Positions 31,140 to 44,716 of a stretch of DNA of 50,933 nt are shown here, in pieces; the first letter of the stretch is position 1; each line of letters begins with the position of its first letter. A program made the translations under genes and the position numbers. This DNA is from Chiloscyllium plagiosum (Eukaryota), in contig NW_025215095.1 of NCBI RefSeq assembly GCF_004010195.1, forward strand, positions 12,069 through 63,001. The letters are read 5' to 3'. The notes beneath the pieces are model-generated. The model ran no database searches, had not been told where the DNA came from, and worked only from the letters and a program-made list of their open reading frames with translations.

Positions 31140-31620
31140 TCAGGCACCTAGCCCAATCCCATTTGTCAGCACTTGGCCCGTATCCTGATTTGCTTTACAG
31201 TTTTCAGTGTTCATCTTAAATGCCTGCCATCTAGGCCATCCTTTTAGACAGTGAGTACTGGATACTCTCTGGGTGATGTTTCTTTTTCCTGTAAACCTCC
31301 TGCTCCTTACCTTCAAACTGAGCCCCCTGGTATTGATTCCTGTGCGAAGGCAGAAATGTTTCTCTTTATCCATGTCCCACATAACTTTGTACATCTCAGT
31401 CAGCTCCCCCTCCCCCTCAGCCTTCTCTGCTCGAGGGTAAACAAACCCAACCTGTCTCGTCTCTCTTCATAGTTGACTCACTCCAGCCCAGGCAACAATC
31501 TCCTGTGTACCCTCTCTGGTACAATCGCATCCTTCCTATGGCGTGGGGACCAGAAATGCACACAGTCCTCCAGCTGTGGCCTAACTAACAGTACAGCTCC
31601 ATCATTCCCTCCCTGCTGTT
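31140..31620 (-). mobile_element. CR1 3' fragment
   Basis: YKVMWDMDK..TRGLSLKVRSRRF on the minus strand. Confidence 0.75.
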
Positions 31621-31625
31621 GTATT

Positions 31626-31935
31626 CAGTGGTTAGCACTGCTGCCTCACAGCACCAGGGTCCCAGGTTCAATTCCCGCCTCGGGCACTGTCTGTGTGGAG
31701 TTTGCACGTTCTCCCCGTCTCTGCATGGGTTTCCTCCGGGTGCTCCGGTTTCCACCCACAGTCCAAAGATGTGCAGGTCAGGTGAATTGGCCGTGCTAAA
31801 TTGCCCGTAGTGATAGGTGCATTAGGCAGGGGTAGAATGTAGGGGAAATGGGTCTGGGTGGGTTACTTTTCGGAGGGTCACTGTGGAGTTGTTGGGCCAA
31901 AGGGCCTGTTTCCACACTGTAGGGAATCTAATCTA
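31626..31935 (+). mobile_element. HE1-type SINE
   Basis: Family core and tail. Confidence 0.85.
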
Positions 31936-33696
31936 TCCCATACCTCCTTCACTGTCACTGGGTCATAATCCTGGAATTCTCTCCCCAAAGGCATTGTGGG
32001 TCAACCCACATCATGTGGACTGCAGCAGCTCAAGAGGGCAGCTCACCCCCACCGTCTCAAGGGGGTAACTAGGGACGGGCAATAAATGCTGGTCCAGCTG
32101 TGATACCCACGTCCCACAAATTAATTTAAAAAAACTCTCTACACCCGAATAAACATTGCCAGTCCTGGAACAAACAGGTTACGTTAAAACTGCCTCTTCA
32201 TCCAAATAACCCTTTTAATGTGCCACAAGGTAATTCCAATTCCTGACCTCTGATCAGCTAGTCATGATCATGACTCGATCTTACCCAGTGTTCGCGTCTA
32301 ACAAGCCCTTTGCCATTTATACAGGCCTGAGCACATTGAAATGTGTTTCACAGCTGAAGTCTGAAGCCTTTGAAGGGTCGTCGCTGCTACATTGAAGGGG
32401 AAATGGCAAGGTCAACTGTGATGAAGTTTCCACTGCCTGCTATCAAATCTGACCTTGCATCGATCGTCTTCCATCGGGAAGATTCCTGTTTTGTTAAGGA
32501 TGTTGGAATGCCTGCCCATTCTAGGATTCATGTGGGAAATCTGCCACCCTCTGTCAATTTGCAGTCACTGCAACAAGGTCTGTAATCCCTCTCCCTGTGT
32601 GTTTGGACTCAGATACAATATAGCATTCGTGCCATGTCTTCTCTGGCTTGTGATCACACAGCGTTGGAGACCAGTGGGCCACCACGTCAGTGTCACCCCT
32701 TCGCGAGAGGCACTCAAGCTAAGTCCCAATCCCACAGCGTTTCCTCATGGACCCTGTAAATTTTCATTCCTAGGGAAATTGAAGTTGGAGTTGAAAGCCA
32801 AGGTTGGATCCTCCTCCTCCAGTCGTGCATTCCAGATCTTAACCACTCTCTGCGGGGAAAAGGTTTCCCTCCCATCATTGTTTGTCTGTTTGCCAATCAC
32901 TTTAAATTTATCCGATCAACGGGATCTGTTTCCCCTAATCTACTCTGTCAGGAACTTTCATGCCTCGTTTGAAATTTCTCTCAACTTTGTCTTTCCCAGG
33001 AGCTGCAGTTTCTCCCAATGGTAATGCAGGTGACCCTCATCCCTGGGAGGATTCTCGTAAATCCTTCCTGCACCATCCCTGATACCTTCACATCCCTCAA
33101 TGAGTGAAATCAGATCCAGTATTCATTTTGTATCAGGAAATGCTGCAGGAAGTCTGGGATTCTCCATGGGAAAATGATTGCAAAGGTTGAAGATACTGGG
33201 AATCTGAAGATACTGAAGGTGAGGTAGCGGCATATTGAATATTGCTCTGATATCACAACCTGCCCTAAAACCATGAACCAGTTCGAAAGGCAACGTGGAC
33301 AGCCTCGTGAATTTTTTTCAATCATTAGGGTCTTAGAACTAACTGACTGTAAGGTTACAAATGGTGGCTGGGTTAAATCCCATAGCTCTACATATCATCT
33401 CGGGGATGTAGGTGACGGACATACCAAAGGCTGTCTTTCCTGTTGCAAATCAACCAGCCCATTGCCTCCCCCTGTCCTCACCTTTCCGGGAGGAGCCTGC
33501 TGATCCAGTCAATTCCTCAGTTTTAGCACTTTCCCATTTCAAAGCCACCTGTGCCCTCAGGCAACTCACTTTGTTGATCCTGCTGTGACCTCAGAATCTG
33601 CAGTGTGACTCTAATTCTATTAAATCTCAGCTGCTTTGGGAATTCCACAGCTTCCTTCCCAAGGTCCGTCCAAATCTAATGCTTGACCTCCCAGCT

Positions 33697-33877
33697 CATG
33701 GTGGCACAGTGGTTAGCACTGGTGCCTCACAGTGCCAGGAAACCAGGTTCGATTCTACCATCGGGTGACCGTCTCAATGGAGTTTCAACATTCTCTGCAT
33801 GGGTTTGCTCCGGTTTCCTCCAACAGGCCGGAGATGTGCAGATTAGGTGGATTGGCCATGCTATATTACTCCACAGT
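33697..33877 (+). mobile_element. HE1-type SINE 5' part (diverged), interrupted by Penelope; remainder near 34400-34540
   Basis: tRNA-like head and degenerate core. Confidence 0.65.
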
Positions 33878-33882
33878 GTTCC

Positions 33883-34385
33883 AAATGTAAGTTTGCTCGC
33901 TGAGCTGGAAGGTTCGCTTTCAGACGTTTTGTCACCATATGCGATAACATTATCAGTGAGCCTCCAGTGAAGCACTGGTGTTATGATCCGCTTTCTATTT
34001 GTGTGTTTAGGTCTCCTTGGTTTGGTGATGTCATTTCCTGTGGTGATGTCATTTCCCAGACTTCGATTGGGACAACACATCCATCCTAGGACAAGCCAAA
34101 CAGAGACCTGCAGGAGAATTCTAGAAGCATGGCATGCTAACCGGAACTCTATCAACAAACACATTGACTTGGACCCCTTCAGCCACCCTCTGAGAAAAAG
34201 AACAGGAAATGACATCACCAGCCCAAGGAAACCTAAACACATAAACAGAAAGCAGGTCATAACCAGTGCTTCACTGGAGGCTCACTGATGACGTTACCTA
34301 GTATGGTGATGAAATGTCTGAAAAGGAATGTTGCCTCTCAGTGAGCAAACATACATCAAAACCCTCAGCCTGAGCTCCAAAGTTC
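33883..34385 (+). mobile_element. Penelope-like retroelement (second family): inverted pseudo-LTR, GIY-YIG C-terminus, pseudo-LTR with hammerhead motif
   Basis: FDWDNTSILGQAKQRPAGEFLEAWHANRNSINKHIDLDP peptide; ~33885-34055 is inverted relative to ~34200-34357; CTGATGA at 34285, GAAATGTC at 34311. Confidence 0.85.
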
Positions 34386-34689
34386 TTAAGATATGCTACT
34401 TCATAGTCCATGTGTATGTTAGGTGGAATAGCCATGGGAAATGCAGGATTATAGGGATGGGGGCTGGCCTGTATGGGGTGCTCTTCAGTGCAGACTCGAT
34501 GGGCTGAATGGCCTCTTTCCGGACTGTCGGGGTTCTATGAACCCAATCCTTTTGGATAGCACTCAGTGGCATTGTCAATTACTATCTTTGCATGAACAAA
34601 GTTAAAAATCGCACAACACCAGGTTATCATCCAACACATCTGTTTGGAACTACTAGCTTTCAGAGTGCTGCTTCTTCATCAGGGGGCTG

Positions 34690-35810
34690 TGGATGTGGCG
34701 AGACAAGCTGATGTAGGTCGAGCAGTGGATGTGGTGGATATGGATTTCAGTAAGGCATTTGATAAGATTCCCCATGGTAGGCTCATTCTGTCTGGGTACA
34801 GAATTGGCTGGCCGAAAGAAGACAGTGAGTGGTCATGGATGGGAAATATTCCGCCTGGAGGTTGGTATCCCTCAGGGTTCTGTTCTGGGACCTCTGCTCT
34901 TTGCAATTTTTGTCAATGACTTGGATGAAGAAGTGGAAGGGTGGGTTAGTAAGTTTGCTGATGACACAAAGATCAGTGGTGTCGTAGATAGTGTCGAGGG
35001 CTGTTGCAAACTACATTGACGGATGCAGAGCTGGGCTGAGAAGTGGCAGATGGAATTCAACCTCGATAAATGCAAAGTGATTCATTTTGAAAGGTCAAGT
35101 TTGAATGCTGAATTCTTGGCAGTGTGGAGCAACAGTGGGATCTTGGGGTCCACGTATATATATAGACCCTGCAAAATTGCCACCCAAGTTGATAGGATTG
35201 TTAAGAAGGCACGTGGTATTTTGGCAGGGGGATTGAGTTTGAGAGCTGTGAGGTTTTGCTGCAGCTCTATAAAACCCTGGTTAGACCACACTTGGAATAT
35301 TGTGTCCAGTTCTGGCCGCTTCATTAGTAGAAGGATGTAGATGCTTTAGACAGAGTGCAGAGGAGGTTTACCAGGATGCTGCCTGGATTGGATGGCTTGT
35401 CTTATGAAGTGAGGTTGAGTAAGCTCGGGCTTTTCACACTGGAGGGAAGAAGGAAGAGAGGTGACTTGATAGAGGTGTACAAGGTAATGCAATGCATAGA
35501 TAGAGTAGATAGCCAGAGACTTTTCCCCAGGACAGAAATGGCTGTCATGAGGGGGTCTTAATTTTATGGTGATTACAGGAAGGGAGATGTCAGAGGTAGG
35601 TTATTTACCCAGAGAGTGCTGAGTGCGTGGAATGCACTGCCAGCGGTGGTAGTAGAGTCAGAGACATTAGGGACATTTAAGCGACTGCTGGACAAGCACA
35701 TGGACAGCGGTAAATTGAGGGCTGTGTGGGTGAGGTTGATCTTAGCTTAAGATAAATGCTCGGTACAACATCGTGGGCCGAAGGGCCTGTACTGTGCTAT
35801 GTTCTAAATC
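34690..35810 (+). mobile_element. CR1-clade LINE ORF2 (RT) remnant, frameshifted
   Basis: DFSKAFDKIPH, PQGSVLGPLLF, SKFADDTK, QRRFTRMLPGL motifs. Confidence 0.92.
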
Positions 35811-36319
35811 TCTCCACTGTTCCTCCTTTAAGATCCCTCCTGAAATTTAATCTTTGATCTAGTCTTTGGTCAGCTATCCAGTTAGCTTGGCGTCAAATAG
35901 TTCTTGGGAACATTCCTGTTACGCACACACCAAAGGCACTATTGTAACTGAAGTCATCCATTAATCTCCTTGTTGTTTGTCATCTTTTATTTGCAATTCC
36001 AGCCGTGGCCTCACTCTGCAAGGTCCTCCAGTCCTCACAACCCATCGAGATAGCATATCGTAGTTACTATTGAAAAGTCACACAACATAAAGGGAATTTC
36101 TCAGGGATAGGCCTCAATTTTACAATTAACACAGTCTAATTCTTTCCCACCCTAGGGCTGTACTCAACTGAATGGAAATTTTTGGCTGCTGGGATTAAAA
36201 AAGGCATTTTATTGAAAGTATCCACTGTCATAGTTGCAGCTTAACTGAATTAACAGAGAACGAATATAACCAGTGAAATAAATAGGGGTTGAAAGCTACA
36301 TTCTTGTAACTTTCCCAGA

Positions 36320-36790
36320 AATGTCAGGGAACCAAGAACAGAATTGAAGAAAATCAGAGTTAGTAACAAACTAGTACTGGGGAGATTTGTGGGGTTAAAG
36401 GCTGACAAATCACTCAGACCAGATAGGGGAAGCACAGCAGGTCAGGCAGCATTCAAGGAGCAGGAAAATCGACGTTTCAGGTTCCGGATGAAGGGCTTTT
36501 GCCCGAAACGTTGATTTTACCGCTCCTCGGATGCTGCCTGAACTGCTGTGCTTTTCCAGCACCACTCTGATCTAAACTCTGGTTTCCAGCGTCTGCAGTC
36601 CTCATTTTTGCCTACTCGAACCAGATAATCTACCTCCCAAGATACCAGAGGAAGTGGCCCTGGACATAATGGATGTATGGGTGGTCTAATGCCAAAATTC
36701 TAAAGACTCTTGAGCAGTTCCTACAGATTGAAGAATCGCAAATGTAACCCACTATTTAAAAAGGGAGAGAGGGAATAACAAATTAGAGAG
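36320..36790 (+). mobile_element. CR1 ORF2 fragment with a Penelope-derived palindromic insertion (~36425-36612)
   Basis: LKADKS and ANVT.LFK-like motifs; insertion flanked by actcagaccagata / actcgaaccagata. Confidence 0.7.
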
Positions 36791-36796
36791 AGATTT

Positions 36797-39700
36797 ACAG
36801 TGCTGTTATGGGGTATATATCACAGGGCTGTTAAAGGGTGTATATCACAGGGCTGTTTTGGAGTATATATCACTGGGCTGTTATAGGGTTTATATCACAG
36901 GATGTTATAGGGTGTATATCACAGGGATGTTATGGGGTATATATATCACAAGGCATTTTATAATAGGGTGTATATTACAGGGCTGTTATAGGGTGTATGT
37001 CACAGCGGTGTTATGGGATGTATATCACAGGGCTGTTATAGGGTGTATATCACATATCTGTTATGGGATGTATATCACAGGGCTGTTATAGGGTGTATAT
37101 CACATATCTGTTATAGGGTGTACATCACAATGCTGTTATGGGATGTATATCACAGGGCTGTTATGGGGTGTATATCACAGGGCTGCTATATGGTGTATAT
37201 CACAGAGCTGTTATAGGGAGTATATCACAGGGCTGCTATATGGTGTATATCACAGAGCTGTTATAGGGAGTATATCACAGGGCTGTTATGGGGTATATAT
37301 CACAATGCTGTTATTGTGTGTACATCATACGGCTGCCATGGGGTGTACACCACAGGGCTGTTATAGTGTGTATATTATATGGCTGTTATGGGGCGTATAT
37401 CACAGGGCTGTTACAAGGTGTATATCACAGGGCTGTAATGGGGTGTATATCACAGGGTTGTTATAGGGTGTATATCAGCCTAGGGTGTATATCAGGCATA
37501 AGCCCTTCCTGAAGAAGGACTTATGCCCGAAACGTCGATTCTCCTGTTCCCTGGATGCTGCCTGACCTGCTGCGCTTTTCCAGCAACACATTTTCAGCTC
37601 TGTATATCACATGTCTGTTATAGAGTGTACATCACAATGCTGTCATAGGGTATATATCACAGGGCTGTTATGGGGTGTATATCAAAGGACTGTTATAGTG
37701 TGTATATCAAATGTCTGTTATAGGGTGTATATCACAGGTGGTTATGGAGTGTTGTAGGGAGTATATCACAGGGTGATTATAGGGTGTATATCACATATCT
37801 GTTATAGGGTGTACATCACAATGCTGTTATGGGATGTATATCACGATGCTGTTATGGGGTGTATATCACAGGACTATTATAGTATGTTTATCACATGTCT
37901 GTTATAGGGTGTATATCACAATGCTGTTATGGGATGTATATCAAAGGGCGTTATAGTGTGTATATTGCAGAGCTGTAACAATGTGTATATCACAGGGTGG
38001 TTATAGGGAGTATATCATAGGGCTGTTATGGGGTGTATATCACAGGACTGTTATAGTGTATATATCACATGTCTGTTATCGGGTGTATATCACAAAGCTG
38101 TTATGGGGTCTATATCACAGGGCTGTTATAGTGTGTATATCACAGGTCTGTAATGGGGTGTATACCACAGGGCTGTTATAGTGTTATATCACAAGGCGGT
38201 TATGGGTTGTATATCACATGTCTGTTATAGAGTGTACATCACATGGTGGTTATGGGGTGTATATCACATCTGTTATAGGGTGTGTATCACAATGCTGTTA
38301 TGGGATGTACATCACAGGGCTGATATAGTGTGTATATCACAGGGCTGTTACAGTGTGAATATCACAGGGCTGTTACAGGGTGTATATCACAGGGCTGTTA
38401 CAGGGTGTATATCACAGGGCGGTTATAGGGAGTATATCACAGGGCGGTTATAGGGAGTATATCACAGCGCTGTTATAGGGTGTATATCAAAATGCTGTTA
38501 TAGTGTGTATATCACAAGGCGGTTTTGGGTTGTATATCACAGGGCTGTTATAGTGTGTACATCACAGGGCTATTATAGTGTGTATATCATAGGGCTGTTA
38601 TAAAGTGTATATCACAGGGCTGTTGTAGGGTGTATATTACAGGGCTGTTATAGTGTATATCACAGGGCGGTTAAAGGGTGTATATCACAGGGCTGTTATA
38701 GGGTGTATATCACAATGCTGTTGTGGGGTTTATATCACAGGGTTGTTACAGTGTGTACATCTCAGGGCAGATATAGGGTTTATATCACAGGGCTGTTATG
38801 GGTGTGTATATCACTGGGCCATTATGGGGTGTATATCACAGGGCGGTGATAAGATGTATATCACAGGGCTGTTATAGTGTGTATATCACAGGGCTGTTAA
38901 AGTGTGTATATAACAGGGCTGTTGTAGGGTTTATGTCACAGTGCTGTTATAGGGTGCCTATCACAGGGCTATTATGGGGTTTATATCACAGGGCTGTTAT
39001 AGGGTGTATGTCACAGGGCTGTTAAAGGGTGTATATTACAGGGCTGTTATGGAATGTATATCACAATGCTGTTATGGGTGTATATCACAGGGCTGTTACA
39101 GTGTGTATATCACAGGGCGGTTAAAGGGTGTATATCGCAATGCTGTTGTAGGGAGTATATCACAGGGTGGTTATAGTATGTACATCACATGTCTGTTATA
39201 GGGTGGACCTCACAATGCTGTTATGGGATGTATATCACAGGTCTGTTATGGGGTGTATATCACAGGGCTGTTATAGGGTGTATAACACAGGGCTGTTATA
39301 GTGTGGATGTCACAGGGCTGTTATAGGGTGTATATTACAGGGTTGTTATGGAATGTAAATGACAATGCTGTTATGGGATGTATATCACAGGTCTGTTATG
39401 GGGTGTATATCACAGGGCTGTTATAGGGTGTATAACACAGGGCTGTTATAGTGTGTATGTCACAGGGCTGTTATAGGGTGTATATTACAGGGTTGTTATG
39501 GAATGTATATGACAATGCTGTTATGGGGTGTATATCACAATGCTGTTATGGGATGTTATCTCAGGGCTGTTATAGGGTGTATATCACAGGACTGTTACAG
39601 GGTGTATATCACAGGGCTGTTATGGGGTGTGTATCACAGGACTATTATAGTATGTATATCACGTGTCTGTTATAGTGTTATATCACAAGGCGGTTATAGT

Positions 39701-42700
39701 GTGTATATCACAGGGCTGTTATAGGGTATATACCACAAGGTGGTTATGGGGAGTATATCACAATGCTGTTACGGGATGTATATCACTGGGCTGTTATAGG
39801 GTGTATATCACAGGGCGGTTAAAGGGGAGTATATCGCAATGCTGTTGTAGGGAGTATATCACAGGGTGGTTATAGGGTGTATATCACATATCTGTTATAG
39901 GGCGTACATCACAATGCTGTTATGGGATGTATATCACAATGCTGTTATGGGGTGTATATCACAGGACTATTATAGTATGTTTATCGCATGTCTGTTATAG
40001 TGTTATATCACAAGGCGATTATAGTGTATATATATCACAGGGCTGTTACAGGGTGTATATCACAGGGCTGTTATAGGGTGTATATCACTGGGCTGTTATA
40101 GTGTGTATATTGCAGGGCTGTTACATGTTGTATATGACGGGGCTGTTATGGGGTGTACATCAAAGGGCGGTTATAATGTGTATATCACAAGGCTGTTACA
40201 GTGTGTATGTCAAAGTGCTGTTATAGGGTGTATATCACAGGGCTGTTATGGTGTGTACATCACAGGGCTGTTACAGGGTGTATATCACAGAGCGATTACG
40301 GGGTGTATATCACAGGGCGGTTATAGGAAGTACATCACAGGGTTGTTATAGGGTGTATAGCACTGGGCTGTTATCGGGTGAATATCACAGGGCTGTTATA
40401 GGGTTCATATCACAGGGCTGTTACGGGGTGTATATCACAGGGCTGTTATAGGGAGTATATCACAGGGCTGTTATAGTGTGTATATCACAGGGCTGTTACA
40501 GTGTGTATATCAAAGTGCTTGTATAGGGTGAAATATCACAGGGCTGTTATGGTGTGTATATCACAGTGCTGTTACAGGGTGTATATCACAGGGCTGTTAT
40601 GGGCTGTATATCACAGGGAGGTTATAGGGAGTATATCACAGGGCGGTTATAGGGAGTATATCACAGGGCTGTTTTAGGGTGTATAGCACTAGGCTGTTAT
40701 CGGGTGAATATCACAGGGCTGTTATAGGGAGTATATCACAGGGCTGTTATAGGGAGTATATCACAGCACTGTATGGGGTATATATCAAAATGCTGTTATA
40801 GTGTGTATATCACAAGGTTGTTATGGATTGTATATCACAGGGCTGTTATAGTGTGTATATAACTTGGCTGTTATGGATTGTTATCACAGGGCTGTTTTGG
40901 GGTGTATATAACAGGGCTGTTACAGGGTGTATATCACAGGGCTGTTATAGTGTGCATATCACAGGGCTGTTACAGGGTGTATATCACAGGGTTGGTATAG
41001 GGTGTATAGCACGAGGCTGTTATAAGCTGTATATCACAGGGCTGTTACAGGGTGTATATCACAGGGCTGTTATAGGGTGTATAGCACAGGGCTGTTACAA
41101 AGTGTATATCACAAGGCTGTTATAGGGTGTATATCATAGGGCTATTATAGTATGTATCACAAGGCGGTTAAAGGGTGTATATCACAGGGCTGTTATAGGG
41201 TGTATATCACAATGCTGTTATGGGGTGTATATGACAGGGCTGTTACAGTGTGTATGTCACAGGGCGGTTAACGGGTTTATATCACAGGGCTGTTATAGTG
41301 TGTATATCACTGGGCGGTTAAAGGGTGTAAATTGCAATGCTGTTGTAGGGAGTATATCACAGTGCAGTTATAGGGTGTATATCACAGGGCGGTTATGGGG
41401 TGTATATCACAGGGCTGTGATAAGATGTATATCACAGGGCTGTTATTGGGTGTATATCACAGGGCTGTGATGGGGTGTATATAACAGTGCTGTTATAGTG
41501 TGTATATCACAGGGCTGTTATAGTGCGTATGTCACAGGGCTGTTATAGGGTGTATGTCACAGGACTGTTACAGAGTGTATATCACAGGGCTGTGATAGGG
41601 TGTATAGCACTGGGCTGTTACAGGGTGTATATTACAGGGCTGTTAAAGTGTGTATCACAGGGTGGTTAAAGGGTGTATATCACAGGGCTGTTATAGGGTG
41701 TATATCACAATGCTGTTATGGGGTGTACATGACAGGGCTGTTACAGTGTATATGTCACAGGGCGGTTAGCGGGTTTATATCACAGGGCTGTTATAGTGTA
41801 TATATCACGGGGCAGTTATGGGGTGTATATCACAGGGCTGTTACAGGGTGTATATCACAGGGCTATTATAGGGTGTATAGCACAGGGATGTTATAGGGTG
41901 TATAACACAGGGCTGTCATAGTGTGTATGTCACAGGGCTGTTATACGGTGTATGTCACAGGGCTGTTACAGAGTGTATATCACAGAGCTGTGATAGGGTG
42001 TATAGCATGGGGATGTTATGGAATGTATATCACAATGCTGTTATGGGGTGTATATCACAGGGTTGTTGCAGTGTGTATATCACAGGGTAGTTATAGGGTT
42101 TATATCACAGGGCTGTCATAGTGTGTATATCGCAACGCTATTGTAGGGAGTATATCACAGGATGGTTATCGGGTATATATCAAAAGCTGTTATACGGTGT
42201 ACATCACAGGGTGGTTATGGGATGTATATCACAGCGTTGTTATAAGATGTATATCACAGCGCTGTTATAGGGAATATATCATAGGGCTGTTATGGGGTAT
42301 ATATCACAGGAATGGTATAGGGTGTATGTCACAGGGTTGTTATCGGGTATATATCACAGGGCTATTGTAGGGTGTATATCACAGTGCTGTTATGAGATGT
42401 AAATCACAGGGCTGTTATAGGGTGTATATCACAGTGCTGTTATGAGATGTAAATCACAGGGCTGTTATAGGGTGTATATCATAAGGTGGTTATGGGGTGT
42501 ATATCACATGTCTGTTCTCGTGTGTATATCACAGAGCTATTACAAGGTGTATATCACAGGATGGTTATAGTGTGTATATCACAGGATGGTTATAGTGTGT
42601 ATACCACAGGGCTGTTATAGTGTGTATATCACAGGATGGTTATAGTGTGTATACCACAGGGCTGTTATAGTTTGTATATCACAGGCTGGTATAGTGTGTA

Positions 42701-42872
42701 TACCACAGGGCTGTTATAGTGTGTATATCACAGGGCGGTTATAGTATGTATATCACAGGGCTGTTATGGGGTGTATATCACAGGGCTGTTATAGTTTGTA
42801 TATCACAGGCTGGTATAGTGTGTATACCACAGGGCTGCTATAGTGTGTATATCACAGGGCTGTTATGGGGTA
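36797..42872 (+). repeat. 25-bp tandem satellite array (~6 kb, roughly 240 units)
   Basis: Consensus GGGTGTATATCACAGGGCTGTTATA, head-to-tail with point variants; Penelope-derived fragment inserted at ~37495-37600. Confidence 0.97.
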
Positions 42873-43215
42873 AACACTTGTATGTCATTAATGCCATAGA
42901 AGTGTTAGGGAGTAATCTGACAGTTTAGGACTTTGCCCAGTGACAGTGAAGGTACTATGTATATATATCCAAAGTATATTCCCACATAGCTGCTGCCCTT
43001 GTCCTTGTAGGTGCTGTGTATTGTACGATTGGGAGCTCCTGTTTAAATTGGCTACTCTTGGGAAGCATTTCATCCTTTGTGCAGAAGCTAATTTGTCTTT
43101 GTATCATCATTATGTCATGATCTCACTGGGTCTTGATGTTAACACATTACTCCAACTCTCTCCCCCTCCCACCCACAACCCTCCTCAAAGTCTTGAGCCT
43201 TACAGGTTCAGACTC

Positions 43216-43489
43216 ATAGAATAGAATCGCTACATTGTGGAAGCAGGCCACTCAGCCTATCCCGACTCTCCAAAGAGCATCCCGCCCAAAACCACACCGT
43301 CCCTGCAACCCCCATTTCCCAATGCCAGTCCACCCAAGTCTGCACACCTTTGGATTGTGGGAGGGAACCAGAGCAAACCCATGCTGACACCGGTAGAACC
43401 TGCAAACTCCACACAGGCAGTCACCCGAGGGTGGAATCGAACCCGGGTCCCTGGTTGGCAGTGCTACCCACTGAGCCACTGTGCCACCC
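43216..43489 (-). mobile_element. HE1-type SINE (diverged)
   Basis: Reverse-complement family copy. Confidence 0.75.
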
Positions 43490-44459
43490 TTCTCTGAGGT
43501 GGTTTGACAACTCTCCCTGATCTTATTCATCGCCGAAGTCCCTCTTTCCCAGAACCATGCCTTCCACACAGCAACGGTGTTGGTGCACGGGCTGAATACT
43601 GTGCCTCACCCACCTCCTCAGCTCACTAAATCAGCGGGCATTCAATGTCCCAATCCAAAGAACCAACAGGGGAACTGGCCTGGCACGGCAGTCCAGGCAA
43701 AGCAATAGCCATGCAATCTTCTTTCCCGATGGCTGGTATCGGCCAAACAGAACTCTGCCACGCCAGTGCTTCCCACTGCGACACTGCTGCAGGAGATCAG
43801 ACTTGCAAAGAAGCTGGCAAGGGGGGAGGAAAGGGGGAACTGGAACACCATTAGCCTGCAGGCTGCCATCCTCCGGGGGGCAGCACCTCCCATCAGGCGA
43901 GGATTCGGCTGTAACCATTCCCCAGCGCAGGTGCAGGTTGAGATTCATTCTCGGCTCTGGGTTAACCATTTCCCATTGCAGGCCAGTGAGCGGTCTGCAG
44001 CCAGCAACATTGGGACACTTTTGCAACCCACTGGTTTGCCTCCCTCACCCTCCCCCCGCCCCCGATTTTTTCTGAACCGTTTTGCCTTTACTTACCGGAG
44101 CACTGCCTGCATTTTATATTTTCATACATGTTGATTTTGTCTGTGATGACTCCATCACTTTGCTCAGTCCAAACAGCTTTAGCTCCTGAAGTTCAGGGTT
44201 TCCGAGAGCTGGGAACTGACACAATGAGTCCTGTCCTTCTGTAAATCTCTGAGATTCTTGCACAATTCGACAGGTCTTACATGATGACATGAGGCAACAG
44301 CAACGACAGAGGGTTTAATTGCGGAAACTAACGTTTATAGAGAATAAAATATCCTTGTGGCAGTGTCCACCAATATTCTCGATGCCTTCAGAGAGAGGGA
44401 GGGAGCAGAAAACTTTATCTCTCCTTCCAGTTCTCCTCTCTCTCTTTGGTGGTCTACAA

Positions 44460-44716
44460 TCATAGAACCCCTACAGTTTTCAAGTGGGCCCTTCAGCCCA
44501 TTGAGTCCACACTGACCCTCCAAAGGGTATCCCAACCCAATAACTCTGCAAACCCTATGGCCAATCCACCTAACCTGCACATCTTTGGAGGAAACCCACA
44601 CAGATACAGGGAGAATGGATAAGCATCAGACAGGCAGTCACCCACCCAAGGGTGGGATTGAACCCGGGTCCCTGGTGCTGTGCGGCAGCAGTGCTAACCA
44701 CTGAGCCACTCTGTCA
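44460..44716 (-). mobile_element. HE1-type SINE (internally deleted)
   Basis: Reverse-complement family copy. Confidence 0.75.

Noticed and set aside
33137..33218. Plus-strand exon-like segment (ttttgtatcag|...AAG|gtgagg)
   Set aside because: Isolated, with an unrecognisable peptide and no partner exons identified
36797..42872. CRISPR-like regular repeat and many Cys/Tyr/Gly-rich ORFs
   Set aside because: Units are head-to-tail with no unique spacers, there are no cas genes, and the context is eukaryotic; the ORFs are translations of the satellite
43631..44134. GC-richer unique segment with overlapping ORFs on both strands
   Set aside because: No recognisable domain or convincing splice-site pair; could be regulatory but unsupported
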